Source of the DNA: Eledone cirrhosa
Lineage: Eukaryota
DNA: 64,000 bases
Direction: 5' to 3'
Assembly (NCBI GenBank): GCA_964016885.1
Contig: OZ024741.1
Location: 333,064,001 to 333,128,000 of the forward strand
Notes under the pieces: model-generated
What the model was told of the DNA's origin: nothing
The model's input: the letters and a program-made list of their open reading frames with translations, nothing else
Databases searched by the model: none
Position numbers and translations under genes: made by a program
Shown: positions 25,264 to 38,445 of the stretch, piece by piece
Layout of the letters: every line of letters starts with the position of its first letter
Position numbering within the stretch: the first letter of the stretch is position 1

Positions 25264-26034
25264 GTGTGTGTGTGCGTGTGTGTATGTATGAGGATATATA
25301 TATGTGTGTGAGTGTGTATGTATGTGGATAAATATATACATGCACATATGTATGAATATATATACATGGTGCCCCAGCATGGCCTCAGCAGGATGGCTGA
25401 AACAGGTAAAAGAGTAAAAGAGTATATGTATGTGTGTGTATATATATATACATATATGCGTGTGTGTATGTGTGTATATGTATATAAATATATCCTCATC
25501 ATCATCATTTAATGTTTGTTTTCACTGCTAGCAAGGATTGGACAAGTCATCAATATATATGTGTATATATGAGCGTTTGTATATATCTATGAGTGTATAT
25601 ATATATACATATATTTTTTTACACACACACATAAATATATATATATATACACACATACACACATTTATATGAAGGTGCCAATGTATATAAGCATGAGTCT
25701 ATATACTAATATATGTGTATACATGTGTTTGTATGGGAATTTGTATATATGTATGTTATATGAACACACATGTGTATGCATATACATTAGTATATGTTTG
25801 CGTGTAGATATGGGTGTATATATCTATCTGTTTATCTATATATGTATATATGCGTATGTGTATATGCACACATATGTACATATACATAAATACATATATA
25901 TACATTCACAAATACACACATGCAAACGCTGTGCATAATGTGGGGCACATAACATTCCATTTTCTAAAAACTGATAACTTTCATTTAGTTAAAATCCTAT
26001 AACAAAGGATATTTAGCCATCTGTAGAGACAAGA

Positions 26035-27012
26035 CTGTACTTTCAGAGAAAGTACAGTTGTCAATGGCTGCTAGCATGGCTGTGTAGTGACACTTAACTC
26101 TCACCTGCATCTGTACTTTCAGAGAAAGTACAGTTGTCAATGGCTGCTAGCATGGCTGTGTAGTGACACTTCACTCTCACCTGCATCTGTACTTTCAGAG
26201 AAAGTACAGTCGTCAATGGCTGCTAGCATGGCTGTGTAGTGTCACTTAACTCTCACCTGCATCTGTACTTTCAGAGAAAGCACAGTTGTCAATGGCTGCT
26301 AGCATGGCTGTGTAGTGACACTTAACTCTCACCTGCATCTGTACTTTCAGAGAAAGCACAGTTGTCAATGGCTGCTAGCATGGCTGTGTAGTGTCACTTA
26401 ACTCTCACCTGCATCTGTACTTTCAGAGAAAGCACAGTCGTCAATGGCTGCTAGCATGGCTGTGTAGTGACACTTCACTCTCACCTGCATCTGTACTTTC
26501 AGAGAAAGTACAGTTGTCAATAGCTGCTAGCATGGCTGTGTAGTGTCACTTAACTCTCACCTGCATCTGTACTTTCAGAGAAAGCACAGTCGTCAATGGC
26601 TGCTAGCATGGCTGTGTAGTGACACTTCACTCTCACCTGCATCTGTACTTTCAGAGAAAGTACAGTTGTCAATAGCTGCTAGCATGGCTGTGTAGTGTCA
26701 CTTCACTCTCACCTGCATCTGTACTTTCAGAGAAAGTACAGTTGTCAATAGCTGCTAGCATGGCTGTGTAGTGTCACTTAACTCTCACCTGCATCTGTAC
26801 TTTCAGAGAAAGCACAGTCGTCAATGGCTGCTAGCATGGCTGTGTAGTGACACTTCACTCTCACCTGCATCTGTACTTTCAGAGAAAGTACAGTTGTCAA
26901 TAGCTGCTAGCATGGCTGTGTAGTGTCACTTCACTCTCACCTGCATCTGTACTTTCAGAGAAAGTACAGTTGTCAATAGCTGCTAGCATGGCTGTGTAGT
27001 GTCACCTGCATC
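26035..27012. repeat. 76-bp minisatellite, 13 copies
   Basis: Unit CTGTACTTTCAGAGAAAGTACAG..CACCTGCAT starts at 26035 and every 76 bp to 26947. Confidence 0.95.
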
Positions 27013-27288
27013 TGAGTTCAATCCCTCTGTTTGTCACATTGGGGAAAACATCTTCTGCCACAATTTCAGTTTAACCAAAAACCAATGAATGGAATTTGGT
27101 TTAGGGAAATCATGCAAAAACTCTTTATATATATATATGGGCATTAGGATTGGTGCTCTGAAATAGCGATGTATACATGAATGTCCGAAAAGAAGTGTCA
27201 TAGTCACTACTTTAAAACTGATAGTGTATGGTCTTCTAAATGTTTGTAATTAAACATACGGCATATTGCCAAATATACTATACATACA

Positions 27289-27323
<35 letters not shown>

Positions 27324-28380
27324 GATAACAAAATATCGTTATAGGTAATCCAGTTAGAGGTTGTGAATACTCCGTATAGTGGGTAGTTTTAGCATATGGC
27401 GTTGTTTGACTCAACAAGTGGTTTCCGTAGGTGGCGAGTTTGTGATTTCTCGGGAATTCTTATGTAAGTTTATCTTGGAGTAATAATATTGAAAGAGTGA
27501 AGAATAACATGGTCAACAGTACAAAAAAGGGTTTTATTTACAGTATTAACAATTGTTTCACTGGTAGTTTGTTTTTTTCTTTAAATTAATTGACAAGCAG
27601 TTCCCTAAACTTCACAAATACCATAAAATCTTTAATAGAAATACTATCAAACTATCTTACTCTACTGCCACCAACATAGAATCGCACATACATAACATTA
27701 ACTATAAAAGAATCTCTAATAAAAATAGCCTGCAACAAGCACCATAACACCAAATGTAAAACACAAACACATAACAACCAAACACACGTCAGAACACATC
27801 ACAACAATACATCAACAAACCCACTTCTCAGCCCATACATAACAACATACAAAACCGTATCGCGGAACCGGTACATAGGAAAGCATCAAAATGTAATTGT
27901 CATTTACCTGATAAATGTCCACTACAAAATAGATGCCTGGAGTCAAATATAATGTACTATAAATTCAGGCAACTTAACATGGTACTACATAGGTTCGACG
28001 ACGGGGAAGTTCAAGAAAAGATGGTATGTCCACAGACACTCTATAAATAACCGTAAATTAATTAACACAACGACGCTCGCCAATAAAATCTGGCAACTCA
28101 AAGATACAAACCAGGAATACAGAATTAGCTGGGTGAAGTTGTCAGCGGCAATGGCCTACAGAATTGGCATGTCCCATTGTAGACTTTGCAATATGGAATT
28201 ATTCCATATTTTTAAATATAACAAAATGCTGCTTAACAGCAAAATTGAACGAACAATTTTCTGTAGACATAAAAAGGCGAGCAAATTCGATAGTTTCAAA
28301 CCAACTGAATTCATCCCATCTATTCCATAATTCAAATTGTACCACCTGAATGTATTATAATAACCTATTATCATTATTAT

Positions 28381-28655
28381 TATAGAGTTACGGCCCTTTA
28401 TGGTCTGAGTTCAAATCCCGCCGAGGTTAACTTTGCCTTTCATCCCTACGGGGTCGATAAAATAAAGTACCAGTAATACACTGGGATAATTGCTGGTCTT
28501 GTGCCAAAAGTAGAAACAATTATTATTATTATTGTCTGTTTTCAAATCCTGTCGAGATTAACTTTGCCTTTCATCCTTACGGTGTCGATAAAATAAAGTA
28601 CCAGTAATGCACTGGGTAATTGCTGGCCTTGTGCCTAAAGTAGAAACAATTATTG
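28381..28655 (+). mobile_element. Two 5'-truncated type 1 SINEs nested in the Penelope 3' region
   Basis: Conserved SINE body twice, each with an ATT tail. Confidence 0.85.
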
Positions 28656-29280
28656 TCATTAACTGTCAATGAACCAACATCATAATCTCTTATATTTTCT
28701 CTCTTCCATTTTCTATCTTTCTACTTCTTTCCCTAAATTTATTTCATCTCTTACATTATATCTTATCGTATTATTTTCACTTCTAATATAACTTACAATT
28801 AATTAATTAATTAATTAATTATTTTATTAATTTATTAATGTAACTAATACATATATAAATATATTTAACATTTTCATATTTATACCATCATATCTCTATA
28901 TTTTAACCACCAACACCACAACTACTCTCAATAATCATACTGTTTACTTTTCTTCGCACACATATTAGATTTTTTTTATTTATTTTTATCATATTTTGTA
29001 TTATTTTTTATCATCTTCGTTATAACTTATTTACTAACATTTATTCATTTATTATTATTATCTTTATTATTTTTTTCTCTCTATTTTTCTATTTTTCCTT
29101 TTTCTTTATCTTTTATCTTTTTTCTTCATCCTTTCCTCTTCTTTCTTTTTTTCTCTCTATCTTTTTTCTCTATGTCTTTTTCTTTTTTTCTTTTTTCTCT
29201 CTTTTTTTCTCTCTCTCTCTCTTTCTTTGTTAATGATGTTGTAATTTGAATTCGTAGTCGCTGAGTATATTTTTAAAAGT

Positions 29281-29388
29281 TGTTTCTGATGATCTGGTTA
29301 AGTTAACATCGTATTTAAAATTGAGTGGCACAGCTTCAAATGTTCAGCAATTTTTAGACAACTTAATCAGTGAAACAATTGTTAATAC
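29281..29388 (+). ncRNA. Type I hammerhead motif in Penelope pLTR (long loop II)
   Basis: CTGATGA-t-ctggttaagtt..aacttaatcag-t-GAAA-caattg-TT-aatac; 11-bp stem II including G-U pairs; stem I eroded. Confidence 0.65.
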
Positions 29389-29452
29389 TGTAAATAAAAC
29401 CCTTTCTTGTACTGTTGATCATGTTATTCTTCACTCTTTCAATATATATATG

Positions 29453-29730
29453 GTCAGACCGGGTGATGTGTTGTTTCCTTGAGCCAGACACTTTATTTCA
29501 CATTGCTCCAGTTTACTCAGCTGTAGAAATGAGATGATAGGGACAGGGGTCCCTATCATTCCACTGCAAAGTGGTCGTGGAGGTGCCACGGCAAAAAAGC
29601 ACCCAGCACTCACTGTAAATGAGGTTGGTGTTAGAAAGGGCATGCAGCTGTAGAAATAAAGCCAGAATCAGTTCCCGTCCCACCCTTGCAAGCAGGGAAA
29701 AAGCAGATGTAAAATGAAATGATGATGATA
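29453..29730 (+). mobile_element. Type 2 SINE, 5'-truncated, RTE-C tail
   Basis: Matches 30285-30565. Confidence 0.85.
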
Positions 29731-29895
29731 TATAATTATAAGTGGGAAAGGCAATCAAGATGAAAATTTACCAATTTACTTTGATATCTCAACATATGTA
29801 TATATGTATGTGTGTATGTATGTATATATGTATGTATAAGAAAAAGGAGAGAGATGGTATCATATATTCAGCATTAGTTCATTTTATTACATCGT

Positions 29896-29968
29896 CCTAA
29901 TATGCGCATCTCAAATGCATCAAAAGGTTGTTATTCAACAATTGCTCATGGCATTGTCATCAGACAGG
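29896..29968 (-). ncRNA. Decayed type I hammerhead motif
   Basis: cctgt-CTGATGA-caatgc..gcattt-GAGA-tgcgca-TA-ttagg; GAAA mutated to GAGA; palindromic stem III. Confidence 0.5.
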
Positions 29969-30040
29969 AATTCAAATGTAAATAAAATAAAGTTTGTTTG
30001 TGTTTTGCCTGCTGAGATCAACTAACACTGATTCTCTCTC

Positions 30041-30210
<170 letters not shown>

Positions 30211-30221
30211 CACACACATGG

Positions 30222-30565
30222 AGGCACATGGTTTAGTGTTTAGAGCATTGGCCTTGCAATCGAAAGGTTCTGAGTTCAATTCTCAGACCGGGTGATGTGT
30301 TGTTTCCTTGAGCAAGACACTTTATTTCACATTGCTCCAGTTTACTCAGCTGTAGAAATGAGATGATAGGGACAGGGGTCCCTATCATTCCACTGCAAAG
30401 TGGTCGTGGAGGTGCCACGGCAAAAAAGCACCCAGCACCTACTGTAAATGAGGTTGGTGTTAGGAAGGGCATCCAGCTGTAGAAATAAAGCCAGAACCAG
30501 TTCCCGTCCCACCCTTGCAAGCAGGGAAAAAGCGGACGTAAAATGAAATGATGATGATGATGGTG
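30222..30565 (+). mobile_element. Type 2 SINE, full head, RTE-C tail
   Basis: A/B boxes and central block, part of the RTE-A UTR, then a CCCGTCCCACCCTTGCAAGCAGGG tail. Confidence 0.9.
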
Positions 30566-30589
30566 ACACCATAAAATGGGTCTAGAGTT

Positions 30590-30930
30590 TGAGGACTGAG
30601 AAGACTGCATATCGAGGTATACTTGATATATGATGAGATGCAAAGTGGGTACAATGATGAATGTTTGGAAGAGATGTGAAATGAGTTGGTTCAGTCATGT
30701 GTTGAGGAGGGTCAGAGGAGTGATCAAAATTAATGCGGAAGGAAGAAGAGGAAGAGGAAAATCATGAAAGATATGGCTAATGATGAAGGAAGAGGAAATG
30801 GGAGCCAGGGGTCTAGTGATGGAGGATGCAAATAATAGAACAAAATGCAAAAGTTTTGTGATGGGGCCTGCAAGTCTAACCCTTGCTTTAGCAGGGAAAA
30901 TGGTTTTAAAATGCTTTTTATTGTTGTTGT
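30590..30930 (+). mobile_element. Old RTE 3' fragment
   Basis: Degenerate WFSHVLRR..EGRRGRGK coding remnant and a CTAACCCTTGC..GGGAAAATGG tail. Confidence 0.6.
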
Positions 30931-32005
30931 TGAAGAAATGAATATTTAAAAAAGATAGAAACCTTACATATAGTCAAAGATGATCTTTCGACTCAGTTTT
31001 AGATCAGAGTCTTAATATCTTTCATATTTCTCTACTTGCCAAAGCTTTTTTTTCCCTTGGCTTAACAAGGTTTTAAAACCTACTAAGAAGACCTAACCAG
31101 GAAGCTTGAAATACAGATGAAAAACTTAGAGAAAATTTATTTTTTATCTATTTATCATTTCTTTCTTTATTTTTTATTTATTATTATCATTATTATTATG
31201 ATTTTTTAAAAGTAATACACGAGATAATCTCTTCGGAAAGTCTGTTGAAACTTTGTATATTTCAATACAACAAAAGTCAATTTTAAGATATAAAATTCCA
31301 GTAAGTACTAGAAATATTTTGATGTAGCAGAAGAATTGCTTTTTATTGAAGGGAATTTTCATCTAAAAATAACCAACTTATCTACTTTATCTTTAAATAA
31401 ATCTGGTGTATCTTACATATGATATAAAATATAATACCGACCAGCAGTTTGATATTCTTTGGTCTATTTTGTTATTCATATTACATTCACTCTACCCTCA
31501 TTCCTATCACCCTTGCCCACATACAAATACTTGCATGTCTACTTTTTGATAATAGTACGAAAGAGAAATAAAACTTATCCAGCTGAAATCTATTGATGAT
31601 AAATATTACATACATTTATGGATGTGTATCTTCTGGTGGAGGCATAAGGGGCAATGTAGTGTCATACAACATTTCTTGGACAATTAAAACCTGGCAAAGT
31701 CCATCTCCTCTATCTGGGTTTGAACGGAGCCAATTTCTTCCAGAGAAGGAGAGTGAGTCATAGTGAGGAATTGAGAAATCCAGTACAGCACTGGTTCTTT
31801 TTTTTTTTTTTTTTTATCGAACTCGAAAGGATGAAAAGCTAAGTTGATCATAGAGAGATTTGAAATCAGAGAGCACAGAGTGCTGGAATAGAAACCACAA
31901 AGCTGTCTATTTGGTGTTCAACTTTGTCAATTCACTGCATTTTGCCTTATAATAAATATATTTATAAATTATATTCTAAGGTGTAATTTTTTAAATGCTT
32001 TTTCA

Positions 32006-32320
32006 TTCTCCTTGAGCAAGACACTTTATTTCAAATTGTTCCAGTTTACTCAGCTGTAGAAATGAGATGATAGGACTGGGGTTCCTATCATTCCACTGCA
32101 AAGTGGTCGTGGAGGTGCCATGGCAAAAAAGCACCCAGCACTCACTGTAAATGAGGTTGGTGTTAGGAAGAGCATCCAACTGTAGAAATAAAGCCAGAAT
32201 CAGTTCCCGTATGAGCAAGACAGGGTCAGCCGACTGGACACTTTCCACAACAGGACAACTCGTCTAACCCATGTTAGCATGGAAGAACGGACGTAAAACG
32301 GTGATGATGATGATGAAGAT
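32006..32320 (+). mobile_element. Type 2 SINE, 5'-truncated, RTE-A tail
   Basis: Matches 21818-22125. Confidence 0.85.
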
Positions 32321-33455
32321 GATATATATATACATACAGAAAGAAGAAGAAGAGAGAATGTGAGCTGTTTATTAATTAATTAATTTATTTTATTTTTGCA
32401 GCAAGATGCCCTTCTTAATCATTTAATAATGAAGAGGGTATGACACTTACTTTCAACTCGACAGACCCAGGTAAGTAAAATATAAAGTACTTTATTGGGA
32501 AATGCAGTGACAGTGGGAGTTTAGTTCCATTGTGTTCGGAGCTGTATATATTTATTTACTACACCTCATTAACTGTATACCATAATGATCTAATCCATAA
32601 TGACTGCGATTAAGATGCATATTTAGTTTAGATTAATAATTACATTAATAATAATCATTGTTATAATAATTATAATATAATGACTTATTGTAAAGATTTG
32701 AACTATTAAAGAACATCAACCACCAATGAAGTCATAATTATAAATAGTGCAGTCAGCATTAACACATTTAATGTGACAAACTAAATAACTTTAATTAATC
32801 AAGACTGTGTCTGCATGGATGAGACATAAAACACAAAACGTATGCCATTTCTAAACAAGTTTTATCTCGTTTATTGTATTTTACTATATTGTAGCTTCTC
32901 CCTCTCAGCTCTCTGTAGCTTATTCTTCTTATCTTGCCCTGAATTACATGCACTACATGAAAACTGCACAACCCACTATATATAAACATTGATGAACAAC
33001 ACTCAAGTAAACCAAATAAAAGCATGAACTGCCTCACAAGGTAAAACATATATATATATGCTATGTATATATAGCTGATCTCTTGGATTTTTATGAAGCA
33101 CTGAGGGAATAAAGTTAATATAAAGAATGTTTCCTCATGCACAGAGATGCCATAAAATAGCTTATAAATTAGGGTGAAGACCCTTAAAGATGGTAAAAGA
33201 AGTTCCGTTTTATAAGCAATTTTATAGCATCTTTCCACATGAGAACACCATTCTTTATATCAAATATATATATGTGAGTGACGAACACATCTACTGTTTT
33301 CATTTCCCATCAGAAAAGAGGGTAATAGCTCTGAAATATCATGTTGAAATATACTGGGTAAAACTTTACTTTGTTTTGTTTTATTTGTCATCCTTTGTCC
33401 TTTATATATTACTACTGCATTGTACTGGCTTTTTGAAACTTATCAGTCATTTATT

Positions 33456-33486
<31 letters not shown>

Positions 33487-33734
33487 AACCTTTGCTAGAA
33501 GGTAAGTGGACATTAAAACGACACTGATAATGATGAAAAGCATAAGAACTGCGAAACCGGTAAAGGAAACAAATAAATATTCTTAAAAAGACTCCAGTTG
33601 CATTTGCGATTTCTTTTCCTTATACTTTCATTCGTATAGGACATCTCATTTTTTTTTATTTAAAAAAACTTCATTTTCTTATATATATATATATATGTAT
33701 ATATATATTTACAAGGGTTTATAGACTAAAGTTT

Positions 33735-34260
33735 TATCATCATTCATCAGCAATATGTTTTTATGTCCACCACTCACCCATGATTGCATAGGTTACATGA
33801 TAAATCCTTTCCACCATACTTCTTTACCCATGTTTCTCTTCTTTGAGGTACAGCATTTGAAGATCACCTCTACCCATTTATATCCCCCTCTTCCTTAGTC
33901 TTTTTTTCTTCCAATTGAAACTCCTGGTTCTTTTTCACCCAACAATAATCATCCATATGCATTATGTGTCCATCCCAGTATAATCTTTTTGTTTGCCTAA
34001 TACATCTGATTCCTTTTAAACTGAGTATTTTTCTTGACTCATCTGTGCTTTATTGTTCATGGTCACTTATATGTACATAACCAGCAGTGTGTGATTGTTT
34101 TATTTCTTTTCAACCTCAGCACATCCTCAGCATGAAGAGTCCATGTCTCACTACCATGTAACATGTAACTTTGTACTTCATACATGGGCATCATTCCATT
34201 TGCTGTTCACTTTGGGGAAGAATCCATTCCATGCCAGCCATGGAAATAAGACAGTGTTGA
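33735..34260 (-). mobile_element. Old RTE 3' fragment
   Basis: Degenerate match to the RTE C-terminal coding region (..WDGHIMHMDD..KRLRKRG..PQRRETW) with a (CAT) tail. Confidence 0.55.
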
Positions 34261-35000
34261 GTAGGCATCATGCAATTTACTGTTCATTTTGATAGAGAAT
34301 CCCTTCCTTGCCAGCGATTGAAATAAGGCAGTATAGAATAGCCATCATAGAAATTACTGTTGATTAAGCATTGAAAGAAAGGAAGAAGGCAGGAGAGGGA
34401 GAGACTCTAGACTCTAGTTTAAGTGGTGATTCGGTTGTGCCCTGTAGACAGAATGGTGAAAGCATTGCCACAGAGAATGGCCAATGACACTCACTGCATC
34501 AGAAACCCCAGCAAATGAGGCTCCTTCTTTGGGAGGGCTGCTATCTTTTCGATTTTGTGGCGGAAATAGTTTCCATGCATATCAGAGAAATATGGAATTG
34601 TTATGGCTGAGATGTCTTTGATCATAGTTTTACTTGAATAGGGTTGACCTAGGGCTAAACAACAACATTATCACCTACACAATTGTTAGCTATATTGTCA
34701 CCATTTATATTAACAATATCATAAAAAACATCACTATCACTGTTAGCGCTAACATCAACACTAACATTACCATTATTGCTACCCCAACTGCTACCACTAA
34801 CATCAATCCCACTGCTACCATCATTGCTACCTCCACCATTACACCACTCTCAATATAACCACCATCAACATTAAAATCTCTACCATCATCACCAGCACCA
34901 TCTTCACTATCACTCAAAATCCTCACTATTACCACTGCCACCTCTGTCACCACCACTACCATCAGGAGTAGCAGCACTACTATCACCATTTCAACTATCT

Positions 35001-35840
35001 GGCAGTATCGGTAGAGGGTCGGATGTCATGCTTTGCAGCATAGAGTCACGTCCCTTTACGGCCTGAGTTCAAATCCCGCCGAGGTTAACTTTGCTTTTCA
35101 TCCTTATGGGGTCGATAAAATAAAGTACCAGTAACGTACTGGGATAATTGTTGGCCTTGTGCCAAAAGTAGAAACAATTATTAACATTATCATCAGTAAA
35201 ATACCAGTAACATACTGGAGTCGACTTTCCCCATACCTTCAAATTGGTGGCCTTGTATATACCATTACCATCACCACCCCCACCATTACTGCCACCACTG
35301 CTTCAACCACCATCAGCATCATCACCACTGCCACCGCCACAACCATCACCACCACCACCACCACCACTGCCACCATAACCACCACCATCAATAGCAGCAA
35401 CATTACCATCACCATTTCAACTTGACATTATCGGTAGAGCGTCAGAGAAGTTGTTTTGCAAGCATAGAGTTATGGCCCTTTACGGTCTGAGTTCAAATCC
35501 CTTCGAGGTTAACTTTGCCTTTCATCCTTACAAGGTCGATAAAATAAAGCACCAGTAATGCACTGGGATCGATTTAATCGACTTTCCCCTCTACCCAAAT
35601 TGCTGGTCTTGTGCCAAAAGTAGAAACAATTATTATCCTACACATGGTCTTACGCCCCTTTAAAGATCTGAGTTCAAATCCTGCCGAGGTTAGCTTTGCC
35701 TTTCATCCTTACGAGGTCGATAAAATAAACTACCAGTAATGCACTGGGGTAATTGCTGGCTTTGTACCAAAAGTAGAAACAATTATTATCATTATCATAT
35801 ACATGGTCTTGTGCCTAAATCAGAAACCATTATTATCATC
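35001..35840 (+). mobile_element. Cluster of three type 1 SINEs
   Basis: Bodies at about 35001, 35425 and 35650, same orientation. Confidence 0.85.
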
Positions 35841-36379
35841 TTTGTCATCACGAGGAGGGGGGGGGGGGGTTCTATCTACCAATATTGGACATCACTTTTA
35901 ACTTGACATCACCATAAACACAATAGCCTCCCCTAAAATAAATCAACTGATTTACAGAAGAAATGTCACCCCCAGCCCTCTACCTTCACCCTCCTTTTCT
36001 TCCTTCTTCTCCTCCTCTTTGTCTATTTTAAATGAAGGTATATACAGAGAAATGCCACTACAACCTCCTTCCTTCACCTTCCTTCTCCTCTTCCTCTACT
36101 TTAAATGAAGGTCTATACTGAGAAATGTCACCCCACCCCTAGCCTCCCACCACCACCTCTTCTCCACCCATCTCCTCCCCTTCTTCCACGTCCTCTCCCT
36201 TCTCCTCCTCCACTACTTTAAATGAAGGTATATATACACACACAGGGAATGTAATTAACTCATAACAGATGAGTTTGTCTAAAAGTTTTCCATCACTCTG
36301 AAAACTTGATAAATATCTCTTGTATTTCTATTATCTATCTTACACAAGATGTGTGGGTGGGTGTTGGGGAGAGGGGAGT

Positions 36380-37560
36380 GCCGTGGTGTGGCGAGGTGTA
36401 GTATGGTGTAGTGTGGTGCGGTGTGGCTCTGGTGTGCTCTGGTGTGGTGTAGTGGGCTGTGGTGTGCTCTGGTGTGGTGTAGTGCGCTGTAGTGTGCTCT
36501 GGTGTGCTGTAGTGTGCTGTAGTGTGCTGTAGTGTGGTGTAGTATGGTGTTGTGTGGTATAATGTGCTCTGATGTGGTGTTGTGTGCTGTAGTGTGGTGT
36601 GTTGTAGTGTGCTGTAGTGTGGTGTGTTGTAGTGTGCTGTAGTGTGGTATGGGGTGGTGTGGTGTGATATAATGTGCTCTGGTGTGGTGTAGTATGCTGT
36701 GGTGCGCTGTGGTGTGGTGTAGTGTGCTGTGGTGTGGTGCGGTACATAGTGCAGTGTAGTGTAGTATGGTACAATTTGATGTGCTGTAGTGCAGTGTAAT
36801 ACCATGTGTGGTGTAGTATGGTGTACTGTGAAGTACAGTGTGGGGTACTGTTCACTGTGGTGTAATACGGTATGATGCATGCTGTGGTGCAGTGTGGTGT
36901 AGTATGGTGTACTGTGGTATATTGTTCAGTGCGGTGTTGGGTGGTGCAGTGTGGTGTGGTATGGTGTACTGTGAAGTATAAAGTATAGTGTGGGGTACTG
37001 TTCAGTATGATATATGGTGCATGCTGTGGTTCAGTGTGGTATAGAATGTAGTGCTGTGTGGTGTAGTGTGTTGTAGTATTGTGTAGTGTGGTATAGAATG
37101 TAGTGTCGTGTGGTGTAGTATAGTATGGTGTAGTGTTCTGTAGTGACGTGCAGTGTGCTATAGTATGTAGTGCTGTGTGGTGTGGTGCAGTGTGGTATAG
37201 TATGTTGTGCTGTGTGGTGTGGTGTAGTGTGTTGTAGTGTAGTGTAGTGTGGTATAGTGTGTAGCGTTGTGTGGTGTAGTATAGTGTGGTATAGAATGTA
37301 GTGCTGTGTGGTGTGGTGTAGTGTGTTGTAGTGTTGTGTAGTGTGGTATAGTATGTAGTGTTGTGTGGTGTAGTGTTCTGTAGTGACGTGCAGTGTGGTA
37401 TAGTATGTAGTGCTGTGTGGTGTGGTGTAGTGTGCTATAGTATGTAGTGCTATGTGCTGTGGTGAGTTACAGTATGGTGTAGTGTGCTGTAGTGTAGTGC
37501 AGTGTGGTATGGTGTAGCATGCTGTAATGTTGTGTAGTGTTCTTCAGTAGTGTGGTGTAT
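36380..37560. repeat. Degenerate pentanucleotide repeat (GTGTA/GTGTG/GTGCT)n
   Basis: Seen directly. Confidence 0.9.
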
Positions 37561-37744
37561 TTCTGAAATATAAATTATTGATTACTTTTCTATATTAATA
37601 TATAACAGATCAGATCATTTAGTCTACAGCAAAGATAATGAAATATTTCAGGCCATAAAACCAATGTTGACATCTTCACTTGATCCCAGTAAAAGGTTTT
37701 CTCCTATTAATTTACTACATTCTATTTGATTTTCATGTTCATCT

Positions 37745-38165
37745 TGCTGCTCTTGTTGCTGTTGTTGTTATTATTGATGATGTTGTAGTTGCTGTTGATA
37801 TTAATGTTGTTGTTATTAATGGTGTAGCTGTTGTAGTTGTTATTGATGTTGTTGTTGATGTTATGTTAACAGCACTGTTGTTGTTGTTAATGGTATAGTT
37901 GTTGTAATTGATGTAGTTGTTATTGGTGTTGTTCTTGTTTTTGTTATTGATGTTGTTGTTGAAGTTGTTGATATGGTGTGGTGTTGTTCTTGTTAACGGC
38001 ATTGTTGTTGTTAATGATGTAGTTGCTGATGTTAATGGTGCCATTGTTGTTGTTGTTAATGGCATCGTTGTAGTTGTTATTGAAGATATTGTTGTAGTTG
38101 CTGTTGTTATAAATGTTGTTGTTAATGTTGTTGTAGTTGTAGTTATTGATATTGTAGTTGTTACC
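37745..38165. repeat. Degenerate (GTT)n repeat
   Basis: Seen directly. Confidence 0.85.
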
Positions 38166-38445
38166 GCTGGTTTACATTTATCAGGTAGTTCATTAAAAAG
38201 GAAAGACTATAAATATTTACTTAAGATAGGTCGGGCTGTCAGTTCTTTTAAAAGGACATAAGCAAGACTACAGTGGCTTGTATCTGATCTTCATTCTCCA
38301 ATCTCTGAAATATGACACATTAACTGAAACATCACTTTGATTCTAAACGAGGGATTCATTGTATGTAGAGTACTGATTTCTATTGTCTTAATTTATTAAG
38401 TAGTTGTTAGCTGCGGCGGTTCACATTCCTGAAATCATTCTTACG

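Larger units (their letters stand above)
27485..29445 (+). mobile_element. Penelope-like element remnant with 5' inverted pLTR, GIY-YIG remnant and 3' pLTR
   Basis: 27485-27565 is the reverse complement of about 29367-29445. 27890-28330 encodes KCNCHLPDKCPL..WYYIGSTTGKFKKRW..CRLCNME (frameshifted), homologous to 9600-10181. Confidence 0.88.

Noticed and set aside
26035-27012. CRISPR-like array (palindromic repeat at regular spacing) or tRNA array (76 bp)
   Set aside because: Intervening sequences are near-identical rather than unique spacers, there are no cas genes, the context is eukaryotic, and units have no cloverleaf or B-box.
33525-33570. GAAAccggTA half-hammerhead
   Set aside because: The upstream part belongs to an RTE-type tail; core and stems are missing.
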